DNA of 63,955 nucleotides, filler included, from Octopus bimaculoides (lineage: Eukaryota): NCBI RefSeq assembly GCF_001194135.2. It is 7 parts of 7 records of this genome, joined end to end, with 100 filler letters (N's around TTAATTAATTAA, not from the genome) between each part and the next. Parts side by side here need not be neighbours in the genome. Positions count along the whole stretch, not along the records: positions 62,888 to 63,955 come from NW_026369543.1; 6 more parts are not named here. One strand, 5' to 3'. This document shows, in pieces, positions 63,916-63,955 of this stretch. Each line of letters opens with the position of its first letter. Position 1 is the first letter of the stretch. The notes under the pieces are model-generated. The model worked only from the letters and a program-made list of their open reading frames with translations, had not been told where the DNA came from and searched no databases. The position numbers and the translations under genes were made by a program.

Positions 63916-63955
<40 letters not shown>

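Overview
AT-rich, microsatellite- and transposon-dense animal genomic DNA. The SINE/LINE content resembles Octopus; that is inference from recognised repeat sequences, not a database result. Six 100-bp gaps carry a TTAATTAATTAA spacer, so the window is probably seven joined assembly pieces whose adjacency is unverified. The main signal, largely invisible in the ORF track, is in 1-11.6 kb. There a + strand array of 72-nt exons (seven complete, one gap-truncated, at least one more probably hidden in a gap) each encodes one 24-aa leucine-rich repeat. All complete exons have AG/GT splice sites, the same phase 2 and an open frame. They form two paralogous types (A and B), and the introns are mosaics of duplicated flanks joined at (CAT)n tracts. 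Differences between cassettes are mostly amino-acid changing and spare the structural L/N/I/F positions, which suggests a recombination- or splicing-diversified LRR receptor locus. The only other recognisable host coding sequence is a probable terminal exon of COG6 (42272-42419) in a CpG-eroded segment. The rest is decayed mobile DNA: mariner/Tc1, hAT, R4/Dong-like RLE LINEs, RTE, Penelope, a gypsy-like RT, a Helitron helicase and many SINEs. Two long foldback palindromes are present, one carrying hammerhead-ribozyme-like motifs in both arms.
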